64,000 nucleotides of DNA, taken from the NCBI GenBank assembly GCA_040386535.1, contig JAZKFH010000038.1, forward strand, positions 123,191 to 187,190, written 5' to 3'. Positions within the stretch are counted from its first letter, which is position 1, and each line of letters begins with the position of its first letter. The notes under the pieces are model-generated. The model did no database searches, was not told the DNA's origin, and saw nothing but the letters and a program-made list of their open reading frames with translations. The position numbers and the translations under genes were made by a program. Of this stretch, positions 29,690-39,563 are shown one piece after another. The DNA is from Myxococcota bacterium. Lineage in GTDB: Bacteria; Myxococcota_A; UBA796; SXON01.

Positions 29690-30313
29690 CTACTGTGCGC
29701 TCTGATCGATCTGCAGCTCCCGCGCCAGGTTCTCATTGAACTGTGCGGCCATCTTCTTGCGCTCGTGTTCCTTCACGGGGTGGGGGCCGAACGTGAAGCT
29801 CACGGTGAGGGACGCGGCGCCCGTTCCTGCGAGAACGTACCCGACCGTTTGCATCGGCCTCTTGGCCGCATTCTCCTGGCGGCAAATCGTTTTCGCCTCC
29901 GCGGCCGAATCGGCTTCCGGGTAGATAGCCGTGCCTGCGCCAACACAGCTTGACGGTAGGTTCACCAGCGCGAGCGCGAGGCCCCCGCCCCCAAGGGTCA
30001 GGCCCCCTATGCGCAGGCCGAGGTTGACCCCATTTCTCGTGCGGTACTTCTTCGCGAGCTCGGGCTGCTGAATGTAGTCGTAGAACTTTGCGCCCGTCAG
30101 GGGCTCGCCGTAAATGCCCTTCTTCGGGACGGTCCACGTGCTCACGACCTGGCCGGTGCTCGCGCTGACGCCGACCCAGTCTTCGAAGAGCACGACACGC
30201 TCCTTGAACTGCTCGAGGCGCTGCGCGTCGGTGAGCTCGGTGACGGTGGGAACCGGCGGGGCCGCGGGCTCCTCGGCACGGAGCGGCTGCGCGAGCAAAA
30301 ACAATACGAACAT
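29690..30313 (-). CDS. Hypothetical exported/membrane protein
   Basis: Signal peptide MFVLFLLAQPLRA; two hydrophobic segments; Lys-rich, lower-GC codons. Confidence 0.7.
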   Translation of the reverse strand: MFVLFLLAQPLRAEEPAAPPVPTVTELTDAQRLEQFKERVVLFEDWVGVSASTGQVVSTWTVPKKGIYGEPLTGAKFYDYIQQPELAKKYRTRNGVNLGLRIGGLTLGGGGLALALVNLPSSCVGAGTAIYPEADSAAEAKTICRQENAAKRPMQTVGYVLAGTGAASLTVSFTFGPHPVKEHERKKMAAQFNENLARELQIDQSAQ

Positions 30314-30642
30314 CGGGACGACTCCTCGGTCGATGGCGATCATGCGCCATCTGTACTGGGGCCGTCAACCGACGACGTGGACGCCCGGCAATCGAGCAGT
30401 CGGCCGTCCGTCGCGACGCGAGAGTGACGGCCGCACGAGCACCCGGCGCTCGTCCCACTCGCGCGAGGGCGGTGGCAGCCGCGGCGCCAGATCCTCGGTC
30501 ATCAGCGTTCTCGGGCGCCGCCAGCCCTCATGAAGCGGGGGCGGGCGCTGCAGCGCGAAATCGGTTGTGGTACCGTGGGAATTGCACGCTGGGACTGTTC
30601 TTTGGTCAAATCAGGTTCTATTTGCTCTCTCGGCAGGTTGAC

Positions 30643-30930
30643 GTGAGCCGCCACGGCGTGGCGTTCGGCATTCATGGTGTGGATAGGACAGCGTCACCCG
30701 GTGCGGTGATCGGGCGGTGCTTCGTCGGCCCCATCTCCATCGGTACGGTGTTCAACGCGGCCAGGTCATCCACTGGCACATTGGCTTCAGTGAAGTTGGC
30801 GGTGCTCGAGATTTGGGCGTACGGTCGGCGTATCGAGACTTGCCACGAAGGCCTCACGGCCCGGCTGGTCCTCACTGGCACCATTCCAGAAGGCGTCACA
30901 GACGGAGCGGAGCTGACCGGCGGTGTGTGA
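30643..30930 (+). CDS. Small hypothetical protein, possibly an EF-Tu domain II-like beta barrel
   Basis: From GTG 30643: VIGRCFVGPISIGTVF..LAVLEIWAYGRRIETCHEGLTARLVLTG; lower-GC segment. Confidence 0.5.
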   Translation: MSRHGVAFGIHGVDRTASPGAVIGRCFVGPISIGTVFNAARSSTGTLASVKLAVLEIWAYGRRIETCHEGLTARLVLTGTIPEGVTDGAELTGGV

Positions 30931-30956
30931 TACAGACCCGACCGCGTGCCGACAGG

Positions 30957-31006
30957 GGGACCGGCTGCCAGGGGCGGCCGCTCGCCAGGGGCCTGGCGCG
31001 GGTTGC
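30957..31006 (-). repeat. GC-rich arm repeat copy (direct repeat with 29537-29586)
   Basis: gggaccggctgccaggggcggccgctcgccaggggcctggcgcgggttgc. Confidence 0.85.
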
Positions 31007-31154
31007 CTTGGGGGTGGGCTTGGTGTAGGGAGGCCCATGGGGCGGGACGGGCAATCCGCGATGCCCGCACTCGAGGGCGCACGGCAGCAGCTCTGCCGCC
31101 GGCCCAGAGACCAGGAAGTCCGCACCATCCTCGTGTGCGCATTAGCGAGGGAGG

Positions 31155-31976
31155 ATGCGCAACCTCCTTCTTGCTTCGCTCGTCCTCCCGTCCTGCCCTC
31201 CTGGCGAGGAGATCCCCCCCTGCGAGGCTGCCGCCACCACGATCGCCGAGTGCGACCTTGAGATCGAGGACAGTATGTATCCGGACCTCGCCGATACCTG
31301 CCCGAGCGACTGCGTGGCGGAGTGCGTCGCCGGGGCCTTCTGCGACGAGCTCGATCCCGCGCTGGCTCTGAGTCGGTACTCCTGGGGCAGCTGCGGCGGG
31401 TCGTCGCCCACCGAGGAGTGCATCAGCGACTGCAACGGCGGCTGCGACACGGACGACTGGACTCCGCTCGTACTCGTCTTCGACGGCGCGCCGGTGCGCT
31501 TCGCGGTCGACGGGGCCGTCTTCGACTCCGGGCGCGGCCCTCTCGTCACCGACTGGCCCTCCGCGCCCTGGCTCGCCCTGGACCGCAACGGGAACGGCCT
31601 TGTCGACGACGCCTCCGAGCTCTTCGGTGACGCGACGCCGCTCGCCACGGGCGGCACGGGTCCTAATGGCTTCGCGCCTCTGGCGGAGCTGGACGCCGAT
31701 GGCGACGGATGGATCACGCCGGCCGACCCGTCCTGGCCCCTGCTGCGCGTCTGGACCGACGCCGACGGGAAGTGCTCTCCTGCCGAACTCGAACCGCTGC
31801 CCGACGGCGCGGCGCTCGAACTCGCGTGGACGCTCGATGCCCGCTGCGACGCGCGCGGAAACTGTGAGCGCGAGCGCGCGCGACTCGTGTACGTCGACGC
31901 GACGGGCGCGCGTCGCGAGGGTGCCGTCGTAGACGTGCACGTCCGCGCGCGGAACACCGTGACGGCGGCGCGGTAG
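31155..31976 (+). CDS. Cys-rich lipoprotein with C-terminal Ca2+-binding (FrpC self-processing-module-like) domain
   Basis: LPSC lipobox; TPLVL, WLALDRNGNGLVDDASELFGD, NGFAPLAELDADGDGWI, LRVWTDADG..EL. Confidence 0.8.
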   Translation: MRNLLLASLVLPSCPPGEEIPPCEAAATTIAECDLEIEDSMYPDLADTCPSDCVAECVAGAFCDELDPALALSRYSWGSCGGSSPTEECISDCNGGCDTDDWTPLVLVFDGAPVRFAVDGAVFDSGRGPLVTDWPSAPWLALDRNGNGLVDDASELFGDATPLATGGTGPNGFAPLAELDADGDGWITPADPSWPLLRVWTDADGKCSPAELEPLPDGAALELAWTLDARCDARGNCERERARLVYVDATGARREGAVVDVHVRARNTVTAAR

Positions 31977-32156
31977 CCCAGGCCGTACGCGTACGGCGAG
32001 ACGTGTGGTTGCGGGGCGCTCGACTCCCGGGGAGACGGCGTGCCGTCGAACAACTGGCGGCCTGATCGCGAGCGTCGACGTGCGCGCCCCGGGACATGCG
32101 CTGGCCGTCGAAGACGCCGGGCACCAGCGGCGATTGTCACGCTTGCATTCACGCAC

Positions 32157-32693
32157 CTACCCCGGGTCTTGACCCGTGGCATGGCGGTACAATCCCCGCG
32201 CGAGCCTCACCTCGGCCACGCTCGCTCCGGCGAAGTACTTCACCTTCCGGCTCCCGTCCGGGCGCCATCCGTGACGCTCGTAGAACGAGCGGGCCCGAAC
32301 GTTTTCCTCGAGCACCCAGAGCACGGCACGGGAATGGCCGGCGGCCACCACCTGCGCGAGCGCGGCTTCGTGGAGGGCATGCCCGAGGCCCGTTCCCCAG
32401 CGTGTCGGATGCACGTAGAGGGCGGCGAGCTCGGCGCCCACGACGTCCTCGTCGCGGGCAACGGCGATCGACGCGAACCCCTCGACCACGCCGTCCACCT
32501 CGCCGACCACGGTCACGCCGCCCGGCAACGGGGCCCGGAGGATGCGCTGCCACCGCTCCGTGCGCATCGGCACCGTGTAGTCGGCCAGGTACGCCGCCGG
32601 GATCAGGCCCGCGTAGGCCTCGTGCCACGCGGCGACCTGGGCGCGCGCGATGGCAGCGGGGTCGGCGTCGAGAGCGGGCCGGACCTGGATCAT
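32157..32693 (-). CDS. GNAT family N-acetyltransferase
   Basis: ELAALYVHPTRWGTGLGHAL, LWVLEENVRARSFYERHGW. Confidence 0.92.
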   Translation of the reverse strand: MIQVRPALDADPAAIARAQVAAWHEAYAGLIPAAYLADYTVPMRTERWQRILRAPLPGGVTVVGEVDGVVEGFASIAVARDEDVVGAELAALYVHPTRWGTGLGHALHEAALAQVVAAGHSRAVLWVLEENVRARSFYERHGWRPDGSRKVKYFAGASVAEVRLARGLYRHATGQDPG

Positions 32694-32779
32694 GGCGCCG
32701 TTGGTAACCTGACGCGCCCGCGCCAGGAGCCCTGGGCGATCATGTCGGCCCCATCCCCTGTTAGGACAAGAAAGAAACC

Positions 32780-33472
32780 ATGTCCATCGAATGGAAACGA
32801 GACATCGCCCACGTTGAAGAGAGTATAGCTCGAGACTTTCCCCGTACCGGATTGGTGCTGCGAGCCTTCGCCTCGGGGCGCCTCGAGGATCCGAGGCCTC
32901 TTCTCGCACGCCTTCCCCAGCCCGACATCGACAATGTCGAGGGACTCGGAGACTTTGACGTCTGGTGCGGATACTCTGACGGAGTTCCCTTCTCCCTGTA
33001 CGCCTCCAAGGACGGGCCTGTGGGGTGGGCGTTTACCCTCCACGTGGCGATAAAGCTCAACAAAGGAGGAGGGCTCGACTCGTCCCTCCTTTCCGTGCTG
33101 TTCGACCTTCCCTCCGAGCTCATGGCCCTCGACACTCCCTACCTGGAGAACGTGCCGTTCGATGGGCCGGCTTACGGGGTCTACAGGCCCGGGGTGCAGG
33201 AACCTGACTTCAAATCGCCCAGACTGCACGACGCGATAGCTTGGCAAAGGGGCCTTGAACAATGGCAACGTGCTGGGCGTTACGTTGCCGACACGCCAGC
33301 GACGGCAGGTAGCTGGATGGCGGTGGGCGCCTCGGTAGGCCCCTACGTGCGCGACCTTCAAGTGTTCCGCTCGCGGGAGCGGGCCGAACGCTTCATCCAG
33401 AGACAGGCGGCGACGGAGGGGAGCAAAGGGCCATACACGCTATGTCACGGGCGTCTTGTTGCGCATCCATGA
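32780..33472 (+). CDS. Hypothetical protein (atypical codon usage)
   Basis: 230-aa ORF with non-shadow composition and a purine-rich leader; lower GC. Confidence 0.6.
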   Translation: MSIEWKRDIAHVEESIARDFPRTGLVLRAFASGRLEDPRPLLARLPQPDIDNVEGLGDFDVWCGYSDGVPFSLYASKDGPVGWAFTLHVAIKLNKGGGLDSSLLSVLFDLPSELMALDTPYLENVPFDGPAYGVYRPGVQEPDFKSPRLHDAIAWQRGLEQWQRAGRYVADTPATAGSWMAVGASVGPYVRDLQVFRSRERAERFIQRQAATEGSKGPYTLCHGRLVAHP

Positions 33473-33549
33473 TTCTCATGCGGGTTCGTTCGCTCGCGAC
33501 ATTCCGGCCATGCGAGGGCCCGAGCCAGCGTACGGAAATAGACGCACGG

Positions 33550-33957
33550 TTACCGATGCGGCGAGTAGGGTGCGGGCGGCAGCGGCTGCTCGTGAAGCTC
33601 GACTGTGTACACGTCACGCGCTCGCAGACACGTCGGCCCCCACCGCTCCTCGGTCATCCGCGTGAGCTCCATGTCGTACACAGCCAAACACTCCGGCGCG
33701 CGGAAGATCCACGACCGGGCATCCTGGTCCACCAAGCGGAAGACGCAGCGCCTTCCCGCCGACGTTTCCAACAGTTCGACGCTGCCGCGCCGTGAACTGA
33801 TCTGCTCGATTGCGGCCGCGGAGGATGCGATTTGCTGGGAGGGGGCTGGATAGCTCTCCAAGTCCCCACACATACCGAATGTCTCCTTGCGCACCGCGGG
33901 CTGCTCTCTCGACGAATCGCATGCAACGAGGCTACTCAACAGGTACATGAGCGGCAT
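33550..33957 (-). CDS. Hypothetical lipoprotein (atypical codon usage)
   Basis: LVAC lipobox; SD-like AAGGGA upstream; lower GC. Confidence 0.5.
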   Translation of the reverse strand: MPLMYLLSSLVACDSSREQPAVRKETFGMCGDLESYPAPSQQIASSAAAIEQISSRRGSVELLETSAGRRCVFRLVDQDARSWIFRAPECLAVYDMELTRMTEERWGPTCLRARDVYTVELHEQPLPPAPYSPHR

Positions 33958-34116
33958 GATCGGTCCCTTATTCGCTCTGCGCGTGGTCGACGAGCACCCC
34001 TGGGTTTCCGAAGCGGCCCGCGGCGCACTCGCGCAGCGCTCGGCGACCGCGGCGCATCCGGCCGCGGTCTCTGGCGGGGACCGGCGCGCCGCCCTCGAGA
34101 GGTGGGCGCGGCGCGA

Positions 34117-34264
34117 CCGTCCGAAGTCGGGGGATGCACATCTATCCGCTTACTTCGGACGCTATATCCGTCCAAGGTCGGGGGATACGCGCGCATCCTG
34201 TCACTTCGGACGCTATATCCGTCCGAGCTCGGGGGATGAGCACGCATCCCGTCACTTCGAACGG
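34117..34264. repeat. Three tandem 51-bp palindromic units
   Basis: Units start at 34117, 34168, 34219; consensus CCGTCCGAAGTCGGGGGAT-N-ATCC-N-ACTTCGGACG-CTATAT. Confidence 0.9.
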
Positions 34265-34379
34265 TAGGTAGCCCGTTTCGTGCCTGTGCGCCTCCTCGGC
34301 GCGGTGGGCTTCAGCGACGAGCGCGCCCTCGCCCAACGCCGCGCCGTCCGCCCCGCCGCGCCCTCGATCAACCCGCGCC

Positions 34380-34490
34380 CCCGCGCGAGGGACGCGCAGG
34401 GCGGCCGGCTCGGCGGCCGGTCCGGCGGCGCGTCCGCGGGCCGCCGACCGAGGGCCTTCGGCCCGAGCCCGCAGCGGCCCGGCCCCCGCG
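34380..34490 (+). repeat. GC-rich arm repeat copy
   Basis: cccgcgcgagg gacgcg cagggcggcc ggctcggc ggccggtccgg. Confidence 0.7.
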
Positions 34491-34526
34491 CTCTGGCGGG
34501 GGACGCGCCCACGCCCTCCCAACATC

Positions 34527-35219
34527 TCACAAGCCCCCGACCCACCCCCGCGCCCCCTCCACGAGCACGGCCAGCGCGTCGGGATCGGAGATGTGGCCGG
34601 GCGCTGCAAACGCCGCGAGATCGCCCCCGTAGCGGAGGCGGCATTCGGCCCCGGGCGAGAGCGCGCGGAGCGCCGCCTGGGCGGCGTGCGCCCTCTCGGT
34701 GACGACGGGATCCGCGGGTGCGCGGCGGCCGAGCAGGTCCCACCAGCGGTTGCTCCACCGCACGGCGCGTGACCCGTCGGGCAGCAGTTGCACCTCGACC
34801 GCGGGGGCGCGCCGGCCCGGGCGCAGGCTCGCCACGCAGGTCCATGGGGTGCCGGGCGTGTCCTCGTTGCCGCCCGCGGTCTCGGCGGTCGCGACGTAGA
34901 AGACGACGACGGCGTCACCACGATTCCCGCCGCGCCCCCCCTCCATCCGCACGTACCGGTCCCCCCCGATCGTCGCGACCACGCGCCCTTCGACGCGGCG
35001 CGCGAGGAGGGTGAGGGGTGCGCTCTGCCAGGCGTTGAGCATCCGGACGAACGGCAGCGACAGCAGCATGATGAGCGCGACGGTGGCGAGGCCGATGGTG
35101 AAAAAGAAGCCGACGAAGCCGAGATCGCCGCCCGAGACGGCGGCGCCGAGCGTGGGGACGAGGAGCAGCGGCGCTCCGAAGAGGATCGCGTAGAAGCGGT
35201 TGGTGATCACGAGGCGCAT
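34527..35219 (-). CDS. Hypothetical membrane protein
   Basis: Two N-terminal TM helices; GC-rich third positions. Confidence 0.65.
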   Translation of the reverse strand: MRLVITNRFYAILFGAPLLLVPTLGAAVSGGDLGFVGFFFTIGLATVALIMLLSLPFVRMLNAWQSAPLTLLARRVEGRVVATIGGDRYVRMEGGRGGNRGDAVVVFYVATAETAGGNEDTPGTPWTCVASLRPGRRAPAVEVQLLPDGSRAVRWSNRWWDLLGRRAPADPVVTERAHAAQAALRALSPGAECRLRYGGDLAAFAAPGHISDPDALAVLVEGARGWVGGL

Positions 35220-35302
35220 GATGCCACGGCGGACGACAACTACGACGCCAACCGAGCGCCCCGCGCCGCGCCGGGGCATCTTGTCCGGGTAGGGAGGTCC
35301 GC

Positions 35303-36340
35303 GTGGCGCGCACCATCGTGATTGGCGACATCCACGGATGCTGGGACGAGCTCCGCGACCTGTTCGACGCGCTCGCGCTGACGGACGACGATCTCGTCGT
35401 GAGCGTCGGCGACCTCGTGGACCGCGGCCCCGAGCCGGTCGCGGTGGTCGATTGGTTCCGCGGCCGTGCCAACGCCGTGGTCGTGTGTGGCAACCACGAG
35501 CGGAAGCACGTACGGGGCACGCTCTCCTACGGCCAACACATCGTGCGCCACCAATTCGGCGCGCGGTACACCGACGCCGTCGCGTGGATGGGCACGCTCC
35601 CGTACGCCTGGGAGACCGACGCGGTGCGGGTCGTGCACGCGGCGCTCATCCCCGGCGTACCCCTCGCGGACACCCCTGAGGACATCCTGTGCGGCTCGAC
35701 CTCGGGCACCGAGCGGCTGGAGAAGCGCCTCGCGCCAACGTCCGGCGGGCGCCCATGGCACGAGCTGTACACCGACGAAAAGCCCGTGGTGTTCGGCCAC
35801 ATCGTGGTCGGCCCGGAGCCGCTCGTCCGCGACGGGCGCGTCTATGGCATCGACACGGGCGCGTGCCACGGAATGCGCCTCACCGCGCTCGTGCTCCCAA
35901 CCTTCGAGCTGGTGTCGGTGCCGTCCCGCGGCGACCACTGGACGACCACCAAGCGAACGTGGCAGGTCCCGATTTTGCGGGAGCGTGCGTGGGGCCAGAT
36001 GACGTTCGAGCAGCTCGACCGCAAGGCGCGTGAGCTCGCCGTGGGGATGGACGCGGAGGCCCGCGCCTGGCTCGATGACATGCGCACCTGGGCGGTGGCC
36101 GTTCAGGAGGCCATCCCGACGGTGGCGGCGGCGCTCGACGCCGAGATCGTGCGGATCACGGTCGAGCACGGCGAGGCCGGCTTCGCGGCGGCGGCGGCGG
36201 CCCACCCCGCGAACGCGACGCTCTTCGCGCGGCGCGCCGGCCGCCTCCAGACCGACCACCTCGGCTGCCCCGGCCCCGACGCGGTGTTCGCGCTCGCGAC
36301 GCGCCTGGGCATCACGCTCCCGGTACCACAGACACCCTGA
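35303..36340 (+). CDS. Calcineurin-like metallophosphoesterase (PrpE/ApaH-like)
   Basis: GDIHG, GDLVDRG, GNHE, VHAA, FGH, IDTG; SD GGAGG. Confidence 0.92.
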   Translation: MARTIVIGDIHGCWDELRDLFDALALTDDDLVVSVGDLVDRGPEPVAVVDWFRGRANAVVVCGNHERKHVRGTLSYGQHIVRHQFGARYTDAVAWMGTLPYAWETDAVRVVHAALIPGVPLADTPEDILCGSTSGTERLEKRLAPTSGGRPWHELYTDEKPVVFGHIVVGPEPLVRDGRVYGIDTGACHGMRLTALVLPTFELVSVPSRGDHWTTTKRTWQVPILRERAWGQMTFEQLDRKARELAVGMDAEARAWLDDMRTWAVAVQEAIPTVAAALDAEIVRITVEHGEAGFAAAAAAHPANATLFARRAGRLQTDHLGCPGPDAVFALATRLGITLPVPQTP

Positions 36341-36410
36341 GCCGCTACGGCGCCCGACGACCAGGCGCTCGTCCCCGTGTGTGCGCGCCCTGTCTCCTTG
36401 CCACCCCGCA

Positions 36411-36444
36411 TAACGATGTTACGTGCCCCGCGTAACGCCGTTAC
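36411..36444 (+). promoter_or_regulatory. Tandem palindromic operators TAAC-N3-GTTA, probable TetR autoregulatory sites
   Basis: TAACGATGTTA (36411-36421) and GTAACGCCGTTAC (36432-36444), downstream of a -35-like TTGCCA (36398) and just before the TetR start. Confidence 0.7.
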
Positions 36445-36454
36445 ACGGAGCCCC

Positions 36455-37024
36455 ATGGACGACCCCCGCCGCATCCACGACGCCCTCGCCGCCGGCACGC
36501 TCGGCCGGGACGACCTGACCGCGCGCGCGCTCGGCGCGTTCCTCGGGGCCACGACCTCGCGGGTGTACCACCACTACGGCTCGCTCGACGGGCTGCTCTT
36601 CGCCGTCGCGGGCGAGGGGTTCCGCGGGCTCGCGACCCACCTCGCCGCCGCCGCGCCACACGGCCTCTCTACGCTGGCCGAGGCGTTCGTGGCCTGGGGG
36701 CTCGACCGCCCCGTCCTCTACGAGCTGATGTTCGTCCGCGCCTACGATTGGCCCGCCCTGCGCGCCGCCCGCGGGAACGCGCCCCTCGACGACACCCCGG
36801 GCCTCGCGTTGTGGGGCGCCCTCCAGGCCCAGCTCGCCGCCGCCGGCAGCGCCGATCCCCGTACGGACGCGCTCATGCTCTACGCCGGCCTCCACGGCCT
36901 CGTCTCCCTCGCGATGGGCGGCCGCGCGAACGTCGGCCGGCTCGATCTGTCCGACCGCGACGCGGCGCTGGCCGCCGCCCGCGCCCTCGCCCACCGCCTC
37001 TGCCCATTGCAGGAGTCCAAGTGA
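36455..37024 (+). CDS. TetR family regulator with WHG-like C-terminal domain
   Basis: LTARALGAFLGATTSRVYHHYGSLDGLL HTH; PVLYELMF; YAGLHGLVSL. Confidence 0.85.
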   Translation: MDDPRRIHDALAAGTLGRDDLTARALGAFLGATTSRVYHHYGSLDGLLFAVAGEGFRGLATHLAAAAPHGLSTLAEAFVAWGLDRPVLYELMFVRAYDWPALRAARGNAPLDDTPGLALWGALQAQLAAAGSADPRTDALMLYAGLHGLVSLAMGGRANVGRLDLSDRDAALAAARALAHRLCPLQESK

Positions 37025-38250
37025 CCACGCCCCACCCCGTGCCCGTCCGCCTCGCCGCCCCGCTCCCGCTCCCCTCGGGCGCCGTCCTCCCCAACCGCAT
37101 CGCCAAGGCCGCCCTCTCCGAGCGCCTCGGCGGCCCCGACGGCGGGCCGAGCGACGCGCTGATGCGCCTCTGGGACGGCTGGGCCGGCTCCGGCGCGGGC
37201 CTGCTCCTCACCGGCAACGTGATGGTCGAGCGCGCGCACGTGGCCGAGCGCGGCAACGTGGTGGTCGACGCCGAGACCGACGGCGCCGCGCTCGCCGCGT
37301 GGGCCCGCCGCGCGAAGGCCGGGGGGAGCGCCGTCTGGATGCAGATGAACCACCCGGGCCGCCAGGCACCACGTATGGCCGACGCCGCGCCCGTCGCGCC
37401 CTCCGCCGTCGCGATGACCATCGGCTACGGCGCCTTCGCCAGGCCCCGTGCCCTCGAAGACCCCGAGATCCACGCGATCGTGGCGGCCTTCGGCACCGCC
37501 GCCGCCCGCGCCGCCGCCGCGGGCTTCGACGGCGTGCAGATCCACGCCGCCCACGGCTACCTCGCGAACCAATTCCTGTCACCACGCACCAACCTCCGCA
37601 CCGATGCCTGGGGCGGCGACGCCGTGGGGCGGCGGCGTTTCCTGCGCGAGGTGTTGCGGGCGGTGCGGACCGCGGTCGGCCCCGGCTTTCCGGTGGGCAT
37701 CAAGCTCAACAGCGCCGACTTCCAACGGGGCGGGTTCGAGGAGGACGAGTCGCTCGACGTGGTGCGCATGGTCGTCGACGAGGGCATCGACCTGCTCGAG
37801 ATCAGCGGCGGCACGTACGAGGCGCCCGCGATGTTCGCCGACGGGCCCGGCGCGGTCGTCGCCTCGACCTCGGCGCGTGAGGCCTATTTCCTTGCCTACG
37901 CCGAGAAGGTGCGCGCCATCGTGCCCGTGCCGCTCATGGTCACCGGCGGCTTCCGCACGGTCGCCGGCATGGAGAGCGCGCTCGGCAGCGGCGCCGTCGA
38001 CGTGATCGGCCTCGGCCGCCCCTTCTGTGTCGATCCCGGGTTCCCCGCCGAGCTGCTCGCGGGCCGCCAGGACGACGTGCCGCGTCCCAAGTTGGACACC
38101 GGCGTCAAGCAGCTCGACGCCATGGTCCAGGGCGGGTGGTACCTCGCTCAGCTCCACCGCATGGGCGGGGGCGCCCGGCCCGATCTCGGCATGTGGCGGG
38201 CGCGCGCGGTGTGGCAGTACCTCGCGTCGGGCGGGCCGGCGCGGGGGTGA
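37021..38250 (+). CDS. NADH:flavin oxidoreductase (Old Yellow Enzyme family)
   Basis: LPNRIAKAALSE, QMNHPGRQ, GFDGVQIHAAHGYL..QFLSP..N.R.D.WGG, KLNSADFQRGG. GTGA overlap with TetR. Confidence 0.93.
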   Translation: MTTPHPVPVRLAAPLPLPSGAVLPNRIAKAALSERLGGPDGGPSDALMRLWDGWAGSGAGLLLTGNVMVERAHVAERGNVVVDAETDGAALAAWARRAKAGGSAVWMQMNHPGRQAPRMADAAPVAPSAVAMTIGYGAFARPRALEDPEIHAIVAAFGTAAARAAAAGFDGVQIHAAHGYLANQFLSPRTNLRTDAWGGDAVGRRRFLREVLRAVRTAVGPGFPVGIKLNSADFQRGGFEEDESLDVVRMVVDEGIDLLEISGGTYEAPAMFADGPGAVVASTSAREAYFLAYAEKVRAIVPVPLMVTGGFRTVAGMESALGSGAVDVIGLGRPFCVDPGFPAELLAGRQDDVPRPKLDTGVKQLDAMVQGGWYLAQLHRMGGGARPDLGMWRARAVWQYLASGGPARG

Positions 38251-38266
38251 CACGTGGGAGCCGCGG

Positions 38267-39439
38267 CTACTTGTCCATGTCCGTCTTCGGCCCGAAGAAC
38301 GGGAACGAGAACTGCCGCCAGAACCCGTCGGGCACGTAATCGCCCTTCACGCCGTACTGGTCGGGCCACGCGCGCTCCGACTGGACGGCGGTGCCGAACA
38401 AGTGATCGATGAACGCGAAGTGGGCGGCGTAGTTCTTGTCGATCGCTTCCTTGTCCTGGGAGTGGTGCCAGTGGTGGAAGTTGGGTGTCACGATGAGGTA
38501 GCGCAGTGGCCCGAGGCGGATGTTCACGTTGCAGTGGTTGAGCACCGCCTGGAAACCCACCACCACGATGTACGCGTCGATGACCTCCTTGCTGAAGCCC
38601 AGCACGTAGATGGGCGCGAGGATCAGCGTGCGCGTGAGAAGCAGCTCCACGAGGTGCTGGCGCGAGCCGCACAACCAATCCATGTGTTTGGCGCTGTGGT
38701 GCACCGCGTGCAGCCGCCACAACGCGGGCACCTCGTGGTAGGCGCGGTGCGTCCAATATTGGACCAGGTCCGCCACGAGCAGGATGAGCAGCAGCCCCAC
38801 GGGCAGCGGGAGCGCGGCCACCCACCCCTGTACGCCGTCCTTCACCGCCCACCCGAAGAAGCGGAACACGAGCAGGTTGGTCGTGAGGAGGATGAACCCG
38901 ATGACCAGGTGATTGACGATGAAGTGGTACAGATCCGTCTGCCACTCGGGCCGGAAGATGGGTTGCTCGCGCCGCAGCGGAAACAACTTCTCGATGAAGA
39001 TGAACAACAGGCCCGACCCCAACAGATCGAGGATCAGCCAATCGAGCCCCACGTAGGGCACGTGGTCGGCGAAGTCGGCCACCGGCACCTTGTGCCCGCC
39101 CAGCAGCGCCGCGGCGAGCACGAAGCCGAACGCCGTCGCCGCCACCCACCGCGCGCGCCCGAGCGCGAGGTTCACGATCGAGATGCCGCCCGACGCGACC
39201 ATCGACCAGAACAACACCCGCCGCAACACGTCGACATCGTAGGACCGGCGCAGCTCCGGCGTGGTGAGCGCGGCCGGGAAGTGGAACGCCAGCACGCCGA
39301 GCAGGCACAAGAAGCCGAGCACCAGCGCGAACACGCCGGACACCATCCCCACCCCGCGCGGCAGGTGGCCGTGGGAGTCGGACAGCTCGGTCAGCCGCTT
39401 GAAGGACGAAGGCTCGACGGGTTCGGGCGCGGAGGACAT
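38267..39439 (-). CDS. Sterol desaturase / fatty acid hydroxylase family membrane protein
   Basis: His boxes YWTHRAYH, HAVHHS, HHWHH; KNYA. Confidence 0.92.
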   Translation of the reverse strand: MSSAPEPVEPSSFKRLTELSDSHGHLPRGVGMVSGVFALVLGFLCLLGVLAFHFPAALTTPELRRSYDVDVLRRVLFWSMVASGGISIVNLALGRARWVAATAFGFVLAAALLGGHKVPVADFADHVPYVGLDWLILDLLGSGLLFIFIEKLFPLRREQPIFRPEWQTDLYHFIVNHLVIGFILLTTNLLVFRFFGWAVKDGVQGWVAALPLPVGLLLILLVADLVQYWTHRAYHEVPALWRLHAVHHSAKHMDWLCGSRQHLVELLLTRTLILAPIYVLGFSKEVIDAYIVVVGFQAVLNHCNVNIRLGPLRYLIVTPNFHHWHHSQDKEAIDKNYAAHFAFIDHLFGTAVQSERAWPDQYGVKGDYVPDGFWRQFSFPFFGPKTDMDK

Positions 39440-39563
39440 CCGGGCGGACTATCCGGGGCGAGGCCCAACCGCGCGTCGTTGCGAAAGTGCAACCAAAGGT
39501 CGCGTAGACACCCCATGGTCGCGTCCACGCCACGAGCGTACAGGTGTGGCGTCGGAGCCTCCC

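Noticed and set aside
34117..34264. Possible mini CRISPR array
   Set aside because: The variable parts are short loops inside palindromes and resemble each other; there are no unique ~30-nt spacers and no cas genes in the window.
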